Below the pieces are notes generated by a model. The model saw nothing but the letters and a program-made list of their open reading frames with translations. It was not told where the DNA came from and ran no database searches. Of a stretch of DNA of 64,000 nt, positions 1 to 11,504 are shown piece by piece. Both the position numbers and the translations under genes were made by a program. Position 1 is the stretch's first letter. Every line of letters begins with the position of its first letter. Source of the DNA: Syntrophales bacterium (lineage in GTDB: Bacteria > Desulfobacterota > Syntrophia > Syntrophales > UBA6807); NCBI GenBank assembly GCA_040767195.1, contig JAXGPA010000001.1, positions 352,001 to 416,000 on the forward strand, given 5' to 3'.

Positions 1-1437
1 CTTCGTGTCGATTTCCTTCATCACGTCGGCATATTTCGTCGACACGAACTTGAGGAGCTCTTCTTCGTAGGCCTTCAGCCGGGTCACGGGGTATTTGTCG
101 ACGAAACCGCGGACACCGGCGAAAAGAACGACGACCTCTTCCGCCAGGGACATGGGCCGGTACTGAGGCTGCTTGAGGAGTTCTACGAGCCGGATGCCCC
201 GGTCGAGCTGAGCTTGGGTCGCCTTGTCCAGGTCGCTTCCGAACTGGGCGAAGGCCGCCAGTTCCCGGTACTGGGCCAGGTCGAGCTTCAATGTACCCGC
301 CACCTGTTTCATCGCTTTCACCTGGGCGGCGCCGCCGACCCGGGAAACGGAAAGACCGACGTTGATGGCCGGGCGGATACCGGCAAAGAAGAGGCTCGGC
401 TCCAGGTAGACCTGACCGTCGGTGATGGAGATGACGTTCGTGGGAATGAAGGCGGACACGTCACCGGCCTGGGTTTCAATGATGGGCAGGGCCGTCAGGG
501 TTCCGGCACCGAGTTCGTCGTTCAGCTTGGCCGCCCGCTCGAGAAGCCGGGAGTGGTTGTAGAAGATGTCTCCGGGGAAGGCTTCCCGTCCCGGGGGACG
601 GCGAAGGAGCAGGGAGATTTGCCGGTAGGCGACGGCCTGCTTGGAAAGATCGTCATAGATAATGAGGGCGTCCTGCTTGTTGTCCCGGAAATACTCCCCG
701 ATGGCGCAGCCGGCGAAAGCGGCGATGTACTGCAGTGTTCCGGGGTCGCTGGCGCAGGCGGCGACAACGCAGGTATAGCTCATGGCGTCGTTTTTCCGGA
801 GGGCCTCGACCACCTGGGCGACGGTGGATTTCTTCTGCCCGATGGCCACATAGATGCACTTGAGCCCCGTTTCTTTCTGCCGGATGATGGCGTCAATACA
901 GATGGCCGTTTTCCCGATCTGGCGGTCGCCGATGATGAGTTCCCGCTGGCCTCTTCCGATGGGCGTCATGGCATCGATGGACTTGAGCCCCGTATACATG
1001 GGCTGCTTCACCGGCTGGCGGTGAATCACGCCAGGGGCCACCATTTCGATTCTCCTGAACTCGCTGGATTCGATGGGCCCCTTGCCGTCGATGGGGGCGC
1101 CGGTGGCGTCGATGACCCGGCCGAGAACGGCCTCGCCGACGGGAACCTGGGCGATCCGGCCCGTCCTCTTGACAAGGTCACCTTCCTTGATGTGAATGTC
1201 TTCACCGAGAATGGCCACGCCGACATTGTCCCGCTCGAGGTTCAGCACCATGCCGAGAATCCCGCCGGGAAACTCCACCAGTTCCATCGCCATGACGTTT
1301 TCAAGGCCGTAGACCCGGGCGATGCCGTCACCGACGGAGAGGACGGTCCCCACTTCGCTGACATCAAGCTTCTTCTCGTAATCCTTGATCTGCTTGGTGA
1401 TGATCTGGGTTATTTCTTCTGCTTTGATTGCTTCCAT
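1..1437 (-). CDS. atpA: F1 ATP synthase subunit alpha (3' end runs off the window)
   Basis: Manual minus-strand translation from ATG 1437: MEAIKAEEI..., Walker [26 protein letters not shown]; follows atpH. Confidence 0.97.
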   Translation of the reverse strand, partial: MEAIKAEEITQIITKQIKDYEKKLDVSEVGTVLSVGDGIARVYGLENVMAMELVEFPGGILGMVLNLERDNVGVAILGEDIHIKEGDLVKRTGRIAQVPVGEAVLGRVIDATGAPIDGKGPIESSEFRRIEMVAPGVIHRQPVKQPMYTGLKSIDAMTPIGRGQRELIIGDRQIGKTAICIDAIIRQKETGLKCIYVAIGQKKSTVAQVVEALRKNDAMSYTCVVAACASDPGTLQYIAAFAGCAIGEYFRDNKQDALIIYDDLSKQAVAYRQISLLLRRPPGREAFPGDIFYNHSRLLERAAKLNDELGAGTLTALPIIETQAGDVSAFIPTNVISITDGQVYLEPSLFFAGIRPAINVGLSVSRVGGAAQVKAMKQVAGTLKLDLAQYRELAAFAQFGSDLDKATQAQLDRGIRLVELLKQPQYRPMSLAEEVVVLFAGVRGFVDKYPVTRLKAYEEELLKFVSTKYADVMKEIDTK

Positions 1438-1440
1438 CCC

Positions 1441-1986
1441 TTATATCTCCTCCCTTAAGAGTTCCCTTATGGTGTTCAGCTGGGCACGGATACTTCCGTC
1501 ATAGAGGGTGTCTCCGACCTTGACGACGATACCCCCGATGAGGGACTGGTCGCGCTCCACGTTCATTTCCACGCTTTTACCGGTCACCTCTTCCATCTTG
1601 GCCTTCAGTTTCTGCTCAAGATCTTCTGAAAGCTTGTAGGCAGAGGTTACCTGGACCCGGACCCGGCCGGAAATCTGGTCCAGCGATTCCTGGAACCAGT
1701 CCTGTATTTCGGCGAGAACGCCTATCCGGCCCTTGTCAATGAGTATTCTCACGAAATTGCGCATGATGGGGGACAAGGCCGCTTTCTCGGCGATCTTGTC
1801 GAGCACGCTCATCTTGTCGGCCTTGGCGAAAACCGGGTTGGTCATGAAGCCCTTCAGGTTGGCGTTTTGCGCGAGAAGATCGTTGAAGCCCTTCAGCTCG
1901 CCGAAGTATTCTTCCGTCTTCCCCTCCTCCCGGGCGATGTCAAAGATCGCTCTGGCGTATCGTTTGGAAATCTCACTCCGTTTCAA
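1441..1986 (-). CDS. atpH: ATP synthase subunit delta
   Basis: SKRYARAIF N-terminus and LIGGIVVKVGDTLYDGSIR C-terminus; TTG start; operon position. Confidence 0.96.
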   Translation of the reverse strand: MKRSEISKRYARAIFDIAREEGKTEEYFGELKGFNDLLAQNANLKGFMTNPVFAKADKMSVLDKIAEKAALSPIMRNFVRILIDKGRIGVLAEIQDWFQESLDQISGRVRVQVTSAYKLSEDLEQKLKAKMEEVTGKSVEMNVERDQSLIGGIVVKVGDTLYDGSIRAQLNTIRELLREEI

Positions 1987-2600
1987 TTGAGCCTCCCCAT
2001 CCTATCGATAAAATCGGCGACCATGGTGTCATGATCGCTTTTTTTAGACTTTTTCTTCAGGATCGATTCGGCCATCTGGATTGAAAGGGCCACGGCTTCC
2101 TCTCTCAATTCCTTTGTTGCCTTCTTGTACTCGTGGCCGATCCGGGCCTGGGCGTCTTCCTTCATCTTTTGCGCCGATACCTTGGCCTCTTCCAGGATCC
2201 TGACCCGTTCCGCCTCACCCTGGGCCCTGATTGTGGCTGTCAGATCCTCGATCTCCTTGGTGGCCTTGGTGAGTTTCGCCTCGTATTCCTGGAACTTCTT
2301 CTCCGCCTCTTCCTTCATGGCGATGGCGTTTTCCATGGTTTCCCTGATCTGGGCCCTCCGTCCCACGAAGAACCCCTTGATACCTTTGGCGGCGAGTTTG
2401 TAAAGGATCGCCGCCAGAATGACGAAGTTGACGACCCGCCAGACGAAATCCATAAGCTTGCCGCCGCCGTGGCTTTCGGCACCTTCGGCGCCTCCCGAGG
2501 CGCAGGCAACGGCCGCCCAGAAGAGGAGCATCCCCATGGCCGGCAGCACGGTGTAAAGAATAAACTGTTTAGACCGCAGATAACGGATTGTCTCACTCAT
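1983..2600 (-). CDS. atpF: F0 subunit b
   Basis: WRVVNFVILAAIL membrane segment followed by charged coiled coil; N-terminal extension. Confidence 0.93.
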   Translation of the reverse strand: MSETIRYLRSKQFILYTVLPAMGMLLFWAAVACASGGAEGAESHGGGKLMDFVWRVVNFVILAAILYKLAAKGIKGFFVGRRAQIRETMENAIAMKEEAEKKFQEYEAKLTKATKEIEDLTATIRAQGEAERVRILEEAKVSAQKMKEDAQARIGHEYKKATKELREEAVALSIQMAESILKKKSKKSDHDTMVADFIDRMGRLN

Positions 2601-3025
2601 TGAATGGTCCTCCCCAGCACCTTTTCCGATATCTCCAAGGAAATCTTTTCAGCCTGCGATTTCAGGACCGCCTTGGCTTCCTTCATCTCAGCGTCCATCC
2701 TTGTTTTCAACGCGTCCATCATCGTTGAGATTTCGCCCCTCGCCTGGTCCATGACAACCTTGGCCTCATCGGAGGCTTCCTTCCGGACACCCTCCCTTTC
2801 CGTCATGGCCTGCTGTCTCGCCTGGCGCAGTTTTTCCTCGTAGGCGGCCTCTTTTTCCTTCACGGTCCTGTCGAGAGACGTCACTTCCTCGTCCAGATCC
2901 TGCAGATGCTTCTTCCTTCTTTCCAAAACCCCTAAAACGGGCTTGTACAGGAGAACATTGAGGACGAAGATCATGATCAGGAAATTGACCATCTGGATCC
3001 AAAGAGAACTGTTCAATTCAACCAT
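2597..3025 (-). CDS. F0 subunit b'
   Basis: QMVNFLIMIFVLNVLLYKPV plus coiled coil; second b-type gene upstream of atpF. Confidence 0.92.
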   Translation of the reverse strand: MVELNSSLWIQMVNFLIMIFVLNVLLYKPVLGVLERRKKHLQDLDEEVTSLDRTVKEKEAAYEEKLRQARQQAMTEREGVRKEASDEAKVVMDQARGEISTMMDALKTRMDAEMKEAKAVLKSQAEKISLEISEKVLGRTIQ

Positions 3026-3064
3026 CGGCTCTCACCCCTTATCTCAATGAAATGCGAACAAGAC

Positions 3065-3096
3065 AAAAAAAAACCGAGTGCGTACACCACTCGGTT
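3065..3096 (-). terminator. Intrinsic terminator-like hairpin in the atp leader
   Basis: Minus strand AACCGAGTG-GTGTACG-CACTCGGTT running into a U9 tract, about 40 nt upstream of the b' start. Confidence 0.75.
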
Positions 3097-3226
3097 CATT
3101 CTTTGGAGAATACCCTCCTGTCAGGCGCCTGTACCGCCACCTTGTGAAGAACTTCGCCGCTGGATGTGATCTCTGTTGTGCCCACCGTGCAGCCCTTTTG
3201 GGAAGGGATTCCTGAAAACCGGGCAC

Positions 3227-3255
3227 TACTAACCACAACTGCCCCCTGTTGTCAA
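3227..3255 (-). promoter_or_regulatory. Putative sigma70 promoter of the atp operon
   Basis: TTGACA-N17-TTAGTA on the minus strand; -10 is weak. Confidence 0.5.
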
Positions 3256-3324
3256 GCATTTTTTGACCGCCCGTACAGGTGAATTTCGAGGAGAAAACGA
3301 GCGTTCTCCGGCGGGAAAGAGCCG

Positions 3325-3705
3325 TCATTCCTCTTCCCGTTCAGTCCTGTCGGACCCCGTCACCGCCATGTGACATTCCCCGAGGAAGAAAGCCCCTTCC
3401 TGGATCACCAGGACGGGGGTCGTGATGTTTCCGCGGACATGGCCGCTCGTGCAGATTTCGAGGCGTTCTTTCGCATTGAGGGTGCCCCGCACCTCCCCGT
3501 GAATGACCATGCGGTCCACGGCGATGTCCCCTTCGATGCGGGCGCCTTCCCCGATCATCAGGGTTCCCTCCCCGAGAATTTCCCCGTTGAACACCCCTTC
3601 GATTCGTATGGAACCCTTCAGAATCAGCTTGCCCGTGAATTCGGTACCCGTTCCGAGAAAGGCCACCATGTCCCCGTCCGATTTTTTCCCCAGCATCCCC
3701 ACCAT
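3325..3705 (-). CDS. Bactofilin (polymer-forming cytoskeletal protein); start may be ATG 3696
   Basis: Beta-helix repeats FLGTGTEFTGKL...IRIEG...IGEGARIEGDI...VRGNI...IQEGAFFLGECHM. Confidence 0.9.
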   Translation of the reverse strand: MVGMLGKKSDGDMVAFLGTGTEFTGKLILKGSIRIEGVFNGEILGEGTLMIGEGARIEGDIAVDRMVIHGEVRGTLNAKERLEICTSGHVRGNITTPVLVIQEGAFFLGECHMAVTGSDRTEREEE

Positions 3706-3973
3706 GCCTCCTGATATTCTTTTAATTTCGATTAATTCCGCCTCCGCCCGGAAGACTGTCAAAGACTGTCGTCGGACGACCCCTCACGATTCCACTGCGG
3801 GCGGATCACCGGTCATGAATTCGCAGCAGGCCGATGAATGAAATCTTTCCGGCGGCTTCGCAACGTTTGGCCGGGCCGACGTCCCAACCCCTTGGAATAC
3901 GAGTTATTTACCGGCAAGCCCCGACAAACGGGAACGAAGGGCCCCGCCACGGACGACGTCTTTTCCGGAGCTG

Positions 3974-5083
3974 TCACGGCTGAAGAATGAACCTCCTCAT
4001 GCTCACGTTGATGAGAAGCCCGACGCCGGCCATCATGGCAACCAGGGAAGACCCCCCATAGCTGAAAAAGGGAAGAGGGATTCCCACCACGGGAAGAACC
4101 CCGATGACCATGCAGATGTTGATGAAAACCCCCCAGAAAATGAGTGCCGTCACGCCGAAGGCGATGAGCGTGCCGGAGAGATCCCTTGAATTCCGGGCGA
4201 TTCGGACACCCCAGAGGACGAGAAAGAGAAAGAGGGCGAGGAGCACGACAACCCCGGCGAAACCCCATTCCTCGGCAAACACGGAAAATACGAAATCGGT
4301 CTGCTGTTCCGGCAGAAACTTGAGCTGACTCTGGGTCCCCTTGAGGAAGCCCTTCCCCAGCCCCCCCCCGGAACCAATGGCGATAATGGACTGGATGATG
4401 TGATACCCCGTCCCGAGAGGATCTCTCTCGGGATTGAAGAAGGTGAGAATCCTGTCTCTCTGGTATTCTTTGAGGGCAAGCCAGAAAAGAGGCAGAAGGG
4501 TCATTCCCGTGGCGGCGAAAATAAAGAGGGCCTTCCTCTTGACCCCGATGAAAAAAATGATCGAAAAAGAGAGTATGACGAGGAAAAGAGCGGTTCCCAG
4601 GTCCGGCTGCCGGGCAATGAGGAAAACGGGGACGGCGACGAGACCGAGAGGAATGATGAGATTGCGGATTTCGTAAGCCTCCCCGATCTGATTCTCCTTG
4701 ATGTACCGGGTCAGAACGAGGATCAGGCCGATCTTGACGAATTCCGAAGGCTGGAGGGACAGCCCGCCGAGAGAAAGCCAGCGTTGAGACCCGTTGGCGA
4801 TGGTTCCGAAAAACAGCACCAGAAGCAGCAGCACGATGATTCCGCCATAGATCCAGTAGGCGTGGCGGACCATGAAGCGGTAATCGACGGCGGCGGTGAC
4901 GCCCATGAAAACAAGACCCACCCCGAGCCAGTAGAGCTGCTTCATGAAAAGGGGTTTCCCTCCGGCGGAGGTCAGGCTCTGGGCGGCGCTGTAGAGATTG
5001 AGGATTCCTCCCAGGGCGATGAGGAGAACCAGGAAGAGGAGAACCCAGTCGAAGTGGATCAGAAGACGACGGTCGATTTTCAC
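3974..5083 (-). CDS. rodA: Rod shape-determining SEDS glycosyltransferase RodA
   Basis: LQPSEFVK, QPDLGTA, GYHIIQS, FLPEQQTDF, PFFSYGGS; adjacent to mrdA. Confidence 0.97.
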   Translation of the reverse strand: MKIDRRLLIHFDWVLLFLVLLIALGGILNLYSAAQSLTSAGGKPLFMKQLYWLGVGLVFMGVTAAVDYRFMVRHAYWIYGGIIVLLLLVLFFGTIANGSQRWLSLGGLSLQPSEFVKIGLILVLTRYIKENQIGEAYEIRNLIIPLGLVAVPVFLIARQPDLGTALFLVILSFSIIFFIGVKRKALFIFAATGMTLLPLFWLALKEYQRDRILTFFNPERDPLGTGYHIIQSIIAIGSGGGLGKGFLKGTQSQLKFLPEQQTDFVFSVFAEEWGFAGVVVLLALFLFLVLWGVRIARNSRDLSGTLIAFGVTALIFWGVFINICMVIGVLPVVGIPLPFFSYGGSSLVAMMAGVGLLINVSMRRFILQP

Positions 5084-6981
5084 CCGGCACCCCCTGTGGC
5101 GGCGGAAGGAAGAAGCTTTCCACCGGCCGGTGGTTTTACCTTTTCTCTCCCGAGAAAATATTCCAGCAGGATCCGCCGTGCGATGGGCGCGGCCACCGAG
5201 CCGCCGCCTCCGCCATGTTCGACCACGACGACCACGGCGATCTCAGGATCATGGTAAGGCGCGAAACAGGCGAAGAGGGCGTGGTCACGGTGTTTGTAAG
5301 GAATTTCTTCGGCCTCGCGGCTCTCATCCCGTGAAAGCTTCACCACCTGGGCTGTCCCCGTCTTGCCGCAGACCTGAATACCCGTCTTTTCGAGTTCTTT
5401 CAGTAACCTGCCCGTTCCGCGCTCTTCATGAACGGCTCCGTGAAGAGCCTCCTTAAGGCGTTTCAGGTTGGCCGGGTCCACGGGAAGAAAACATTCAATT
5501 TCCGGGGGGATTTTCCGGATCATCTCCCCGTCGGGAGACTGAATCCGGTCCACGAGCCGTGGCCGGAACAGGACGCCCCCGTTGGCGATGGCACAGTAAG
5601 CCCTCAGGAGCTGCAACGGCGTCGCGAGAATGAATCCCTGCCCGATGGCCAGGGAAACGGTTTCACCGGTTTGCCAGGGCTCTCCTATCTTTCGAAGTTT
5701 CCACTCCCGGGAAGGAACGAGACCATCCTGCTCACCGGGGAGCCCGCTCCCCGACTTCCTCCCCAGACCGAAGAAACTGGCGTAACGGGCGATGGCGTCC
5801 ACACCGAGCTGTGTCCCCAGCTCATAAAAGTAGCTGTCGCAGGATTCAACGACGGCCCTGTGAAGATCCACCGAGCCGTGACCGTAGCGGCTCCAGCAGC
5901 GGAACGTCCGGTCCCCGACCGTGTGTGCCCCGGAACAGAAGACTTTCTTTTCCGGGGAAAAGATCTTTTCCTCCAGGCCCGCCGCGGCGACAACGAGCTT
6001 GAAAAGGGACCCCGGCGGGTAAAGGCCGTGGACCGACCTGTTCTGAAGGGGGCAGAGCTCATCCTCCAGGAGGATTTGCCATTCGTCTCCCGATATGCCC
6101 CGGTTGAAAAGATTGGGGTCGAAGGAGGGTTTGCTCACCATGGCCAGGATGGAGCCGTCTCTCGGGTCCATGACGACCACCGATCCGGCCTTCTCCTCGA
6201 AAGCCCGCCAGCTTATCTCCTGGAGACGGGCGGAAAGAGTCAGCACGACCGTATTTCCCGGACGAGGGGGCTTGATTCCGAGGGCTCGGACCTTGCGGCC
6301 GCTCACGTTGACCTCGATCTGCTCTCCGCCGCTTTCCCCCCGGAGCTCGCGGTCCATCATTCTTTCGATGCCCGTTTTCCCCACCAGGTCGCCGGGGCGG
6401 TATCGGATCACGGCCTTTTCCTCGAGGTCGTCGCCGCCCACCTCGCCCACATACCCGAGAATGTGGGCCGCCGTTTCACCGAACCGGTAATCCCTGACAG
6501 GCACCACGTCGACCACGACACCGGGCAGCTGAAAAGTGTTCATCTCGATGAGTGCGAGGTCTTTCCACGGTACGTCTCTTTCGAGCCGAACGGGAACAAA
6601 GGGTTTTCTTCCCCCGTTTTTCCGCATCTGACGTTTCCATCGGCGGCCCTTTTCATCCTCCTCAAAGGCGAGCCGATCGATCACATCGTCCGTGTCCTTC
6701 ACCATTTCGGGAATCATGGACACGTCAAAGGAAGGGGTGTTGTCCACCAGGATATTCCCTTCCCTGTCCAGGATCAAGCCCCTCAGGGCCTTGATTTCCT
6801 GAAAGCGGATCCGGTTGCTTTCGGAACGCTGCTTCAGTTCGGCACCCCGAATGATCTGAAAAAACCACAGTTTTCCCGCCAGGAAGAAAAAAGCGATGAA
6901 AACCGCCCAGACGATCACATCAAAACGCCTGCGGAAGGTTCCGGGATCATACTTGGTAAGCCGTGTTTTCTCTTTCGCCAT
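5080..6981 (-). CDS. mrdA: Penicillin-binding protein 2
   Basis: YPPGSLFK (SxxK), SCD, GKTGTAQ motifs; N-terminal TM helix; mre operon. Confidence 0.96.
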   Translation of the reverse strand: MAKEKTRLTKYDPGTFRRRFDVIVWAVFIAFFFLAGKLWFFQIIRGAELKQRSESNRIRFQEIKALRGLILDREGNILVDNTPSFDVSMIPEMVKDTDDVIDRLAFEEDEKGRRWKRQMRKNGGRKPFVPVRLERDVPWKDLALIEMNTFQLPGVVVDVVPVRDYRFGETAAHILGYVGEVGGDDLEEKAVIRYRPGDLVGKTGIERMMDRELRGESGGEQIEVNVSGRKVRALGIKPPRPGNTVVLTLSARLQEISWRAFEEKAGSVVVMDPRDGSILAMVSKPSFDPNLFNRGISGDEWQILLEDELCPLQNRSVHGLYPPGSLFKLVVAAAGLEEKIFSPEKKVFCSGAHTVGDRTFRCWSRYGHGSVDLHRAVVESCDSYFYELGTQLGVDAIARYASFFGLGRKSGSGLPGEQDGLVPSREWKLRKIGEPWQTGETVSLAIGQGFILATPLQLLRAYCAIANGGVLFRPRLVDRIQSPDGEMIRKIPPEIECFLPVDPANLKRLKEALHGAVHEERGTGRLLKELEKTGIQVCGKTGTAQVVKLSRDESREAEEIPYKHRDHALFACFAPYHDPEIAVVVVVEHGGGGGSVAAPIARRILLEYFLGREKVKPPAGGKLLPSAATGGAG

Positions 6982-7459
6982 GCTTCATTCCCGCGATACG
7001 GTGGAACAGGGTAAAGACAACGGGACACATTACGGCGGCGACGGCCGCCTGGGGTAAATAAATGAGAAGAAAAGCATCGGACAGGTCCTTTCCCGAAAAG
7101 AGTCCCGACAGGACGTAAAAAAAGAAGAACTCTATAAAGGAGACCAAAAATGTGAAGAGGGCAAGAGGCCACGTCTTTCCAGGGTTCATCCGTCCGGACA
7201 TCCAGCGGGCCAGGTAATTTATAAGGACGTAACTGAAAACATATACTCCCGGAATCACTGAAAGAAGGCCGTCGAGGAAGACGCCCAGGGAAAAAGAGAG
7301 CCAAAGCCCCTCCTTTTCTTCCAGGAAAAAGCCGCCATAGACCGCCGCCAGAATGGCCGCGTTGACCCGAAGCGTATCGAAGGTCATGGAAAAAAGAACC
7401 GTTTCCTGGATCAGGACCAGAAGAAGGGCGAAAAAAGGAATGACGAGATATCGGATCAT
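6947..7459 (-). CDS. mreD: Rod shape-determining protein MreD
   Basis: Hydrophobic 170 aa, G..LD.LS motif, located between mreC and mrdA. Confidence 0.85.
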   Translation of the reverse strand: MIRYLVIPFFALLLVLIQETVLFSMTFDTLRVNAAILAAVYGGFFLEEKEGLWLSFSLGVFLDGLLSVIPGVYVFSYVLINYLARWMSGRMNPGKTWPLALFTFLVSFIEFFFFYVLSGLFSGKDLSDAFLLIYLPQAAVAAVMCPVVFTLFHRIAGMKHGERENTAYQV

Positions 7460-8283
7460 TTTTCCCGTCCCACCCCGTCGACGAGAATGGCGACCTCTTC
7501 CAGGAGCGTCGGGTCGACGGCCGGCTTCACCGCGATTTTCTGAAAAAGACCGGCCTCTTCCGTGTCAATGCGGGTCACCGTTCCGAGGAAACACCCCTTG
7601 GGAAATATCCCGACCATTCCCGATGTGACGATCTCATCCCCTACCCGGATGTCTTCGGAAACGGGAACGTACTTCAGGAAGCAACCCGCGGACCCCGCCC
7701 CCTGGAGAATGCCCTGCACGCGGTTTCTCTGCACGAGGGCATCCACGTTGCTGTTGAAATCCGTGATGAGAAGAACCTTGGCCACATTCCAGGCCGCCTC
7801 GACGATGCGGCCCCCCACGCCTGCCCCGGTCAGTACGGGCATGCCCACCCTGACCCCGTCCGCCGTGCCTTTATTGACGTAAAGGACTTGAAAAACCGAC
7901 GCCTTTTCCCCCCCCGTGACCCGGGCCATGACCATGGGCAGGTCCATGTTTTCCTGGAGTCCCAGAAGTTTTCGAAGCCGTCTGACTTCCAGGTCCGCCT
8001 CCCGGAGATCGTTCAGTTTATTTTTCAAGACATTCAGCTCCTTCCGGAGAGCTTCATTTTCTTTTTCCACACGAACCAGAAGGAGATACCGCTTCCAGGC
8101 GCCACGGACCCGGCAGACGGATTCGTGAAGGAGTCCCTCGAGGGGCAAAACCGACTCGAGAATCATTTTTCTCACATTCCCGGTTGAATCATAAGGTTTC
8201 ACGAGAAAGGCGAAGGGCGTGAAAAAGAGGAGGGCCAGAAACACGGCGATGAACGCGATTTTGTACTTTTTTTGAACCGCCAT
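7456..8283 (-). CDS. mreC: Rod shape-determining protein MreC (probable start ATG 8283)
   Basis: TM helix, coiled coil ENEALRKEL, NKGTADGV, VTSGMVGIFPKG. Confidence 0.93.
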   Translation of the reverse strand: MAVQKKYKIAFIAVFLALLFFTPFAFLVKPYDSTGNVRKMILESVLPLEGLLHESVCRVRGAWKRYLLLVRVEKENEALRKELNVLKNKLNDLREADLEVRRLRKLLGLQENMDLPMVMARVTGGEKASVFQVLYVNKGTADGVRVGMPVLTGAGVGGRIVEAAWNVAKVLLITDFNSNVDALVQRNRVQGILQGAGSAGCFLKYVPVSEDIRVGDEIVTSGMVGIFPKGCFLGTVTRIDTEEAGLFQKIAVKPAVDPTLLEEVAILVDGVGREK

Positions 8284-8560
8284 GATGATGCGTTTGAAAT
8301 AAGTCTTTACGTCATTTTCCCGGGACGGCGCTTCCGGAGCACGGGAGGAGCGAGGCGCTCCGATCCCGAGAAGCGAAGGCCCGCGCACCGGCACGCCGCA
8401 GTGAAGGGCCATGACGGGCAACGCCCCTTATGGACTCTCCACGAAGCCTGCCTGATCGTCCCTCCGTCGGTTTATGGGGAGAAAGTCGGGGACGCCCGGT
8501 TTCAGGAAGCGTTCCGCCCGGTATGGCCCGCGTTTCGGACGTATCGTCGTTTTGCCGGTG

Positions 8561-9619
<1,059 letters not shown>

Positions 9620-9627
9620 TCAGAAAA

Positions 9628-9656
9628 GGTATACAGCATTTCCCTACCCTAATCAA
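9628..9656 (-). promoter_or_regulatory. Putative sigma70 promoter of mreB
   Basis: TTGATT-N17-TATACC on the minus strand. Confidence 0.45.
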
Positions 9657-9870
9657 ATGATTTCTAAAAAATATTGCATTTTAGCGGGGACTATATTAAG
9701 AGATTCTGCCATTGCAGAGGGCGGTCTCGCGACATATCCGGCCCTCTGCCAGGGTCCGGGCAAAAAGCCATGTATCCGGCATTTTCGCGGGCCCGTAAAA
9801 ATTGGTCCCAATGAACGGCCGTTTCGCGGGAGAGAGAATCTTCGCGAAGATACCGGGGAGGAACACCGCC

Positions 9871-11475
9871 ATGCTCACGTTCATGAGAAAACACGCCAAA
9901 AACTGGATGATGAAGGCTGTTCTGGGAATCATCATCGTTGTCTTTGTCTTTTATTTCGGATCCCTTCAAAGCGGGAGGCAGGCGGAAGTCGTCGCCATGG
10001 TAGGTGACCGGGCCATCACGTACAACGACTACCGCCAGGCATACGACAATCTTCTCAACTACTACCGCGAGCAGTTCCAGGGCGCCCTCACCGACGACAT
10101 ACTGAAGTCCTTGAATTTAAAAGGTCAGACGCTTAACCGGCTCATTGACAGCGAGATCCTCCTCAACGAGGCCGCCCGCATGGGCCTTACGGTCACCGAC
10201 GAGGAGGTCCGTCTCGCCATCACATCCTATCCCGCCTTCCAGAGAGACGGCCGCTTTGACATGAGCCTCTACAACCAGCTCCTCCGGTATTACCGGCTGA
10301 CGGCGGAGGAATTCGAGGAGATGAAGCGGAAAGAGCTTACCCTTTCAAAGGTTGAGCGGATCATCCGGGAAGCGGCGAAAGTCTCGAAACGTGAAGTGGA
10401 GGACCTCTTTTCGGCTCAATACGGCAAGATCAATCTTCAGTACGTGAAGATAGGCGTCGAGGGGATCGCCGTTCCGGAGCCGGACCGCGAGGCCCTGGAA
10501 GCCTTCTACCGGGAACAGGGGGCGGCCTTCCGGGTCCCGGAAAAAATTAAAGTCCGGTATCTCGCCTTCCCCGCCTCGGCCTACGGCGACGGTGTAGCCG
10601 TGCCGGAAGAGCAGATCATCGCATTTTACAATGGAAGCAAAGAGGATTTTCTCTTCCAGGAAAGCGATCGCAAACCCCTTTCGGCCGTCCGGGAGGAAAT
10701 CGTGAGGATCCTCAAGAGCCGCCGGGCCATGGAACAGGCGGAAGACGAGGCGAGAAAGGCCTACGAGACCATTTACCAGGAAAGGGATCTTTCCGCTTAT
10801 GGCAAGGAAACCGGAATCGTCGTCATCGAATCCGAATGGTTTCCCCGGAATGACCCTCCCGAAGCCCTTGAAGGCGTCGAGGACGTGGAAATGAAGCTGT
10901 CTCCCCTGCAGAAGGGGGATCCGGCCACCTTCCTTCGGGATGGGAAGGGATTTTATGTTCTCGAAATAGCGGATATAAAACCCTCGTACCAGCCGCCCCT
11001 GGAGGATGTGAAAAAAGGGGTTCTCACGGCACACAAAGGGGAAGAAAAAAGGAAGGCGGCGCGCCGGAAAGGGGAAGAAATTCTCGGCAAGCTGAAAGGG
11101 GGTGAAGATTTCGGCGCCCTGGCCGGACAGCAGGGGCTCGCTCTCTCGGAAACGGGATTCTTCCAGCCGGCGACCTCTTATACGGTCCCCGGCATCGGTG
11201 ATTCCCGGGAGCTGGCCAACGCCGCGGCCTCCTTGTCCAAGGGCCGTCCCTTTCCGGAAAGACCCTATTTCGTCGAGGACGGTTTTTTCGTTGTCCGGTT
11301 CAAGGAAAGGGAAACCCTCGACGTGAAGGCCTTTGCCGAGATTGAGGATCAACTGGAAAAGCAGCTCCACCAGTACAAGGAAGACGAGATGTTCCGGGTC
11401 TGGCTGAACGCCCGGAAAGAAAGCCTTACGAAGGAAGGCAAACTCAAAATTCTTGTCGATCCGGAGACCCTGTAA
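9871..11475 (+). CDS. ppiD: PpiD/SurA N-terminal domain membrane-anchored periplasmic chaperone
   Basis: MLTFMRKH...TM helix, FQRDGRFDMSLY; GGAGG RBS before ATG 9871. Confidence 0.8.
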   Translation: MLTFMRKHAKNWMMKAVLGIIIVVFVFYFGSLQSGRQAEVVAMVGDRAITYNDYRQAYDNLLNYYREQFQGALTDDILKSLNLKGQTLNRLIDSEILLNEAARMGLTVTDEEVRLAITSYPAFQRDGRFDMSLYNQLLRYYRLTAEEFEEMKRKELTLSKVERIIREAAKVSKREVEDLFSAQYGKINLQYVKIGVEGIAVPEPDREALEAFYREQGAAFRVPEKIKVRYLAFPASAYGDGVAVPEEQIIAFYNGSKEDFLFQESDRKPLSAVREEIVRILKSRRAMEQAEDEARKAYETIYQERDLSAYGKETGIVVIESEWFPRNDPPEALEGVEDVEMKLSPLQKGDPATFLRDGKGFYVLEIADIKPSYQPPLEDVKKGVLTAHKGEEKRKAARRKGEEILGKLKGGEDFGALAGQQGLALSETGFFQPATSYTVPGIGDSRELANAAASLSKGRPFPERPYFVEDGFFVVRFKERETLDVKAFAEIEDQLEKQLHQYKEDEMFRVWLNARKESLTKEGKLKILVDPETL

Positions 11476-11504
11476 AAAAAACCCGGATGGCCGGGCGGGG
11501 ACCG

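Noticed and set aside
214..1458. 414-aa plus-strand ORF
   Set aside because: Antisense shadow of atpA, which the ORF track omits because it runs off the window
1..3025. atpB/atpE missing from the operon
   Set aside because: Split atp operons are well known in deltaproteobacteria
3044..3328. 94-aa ORF upstream of atpF', considered as atpI/atpE or a leader peptide
   Set aside because: No membrane or c-ring features; it runs through the promoter and terminator hairpin
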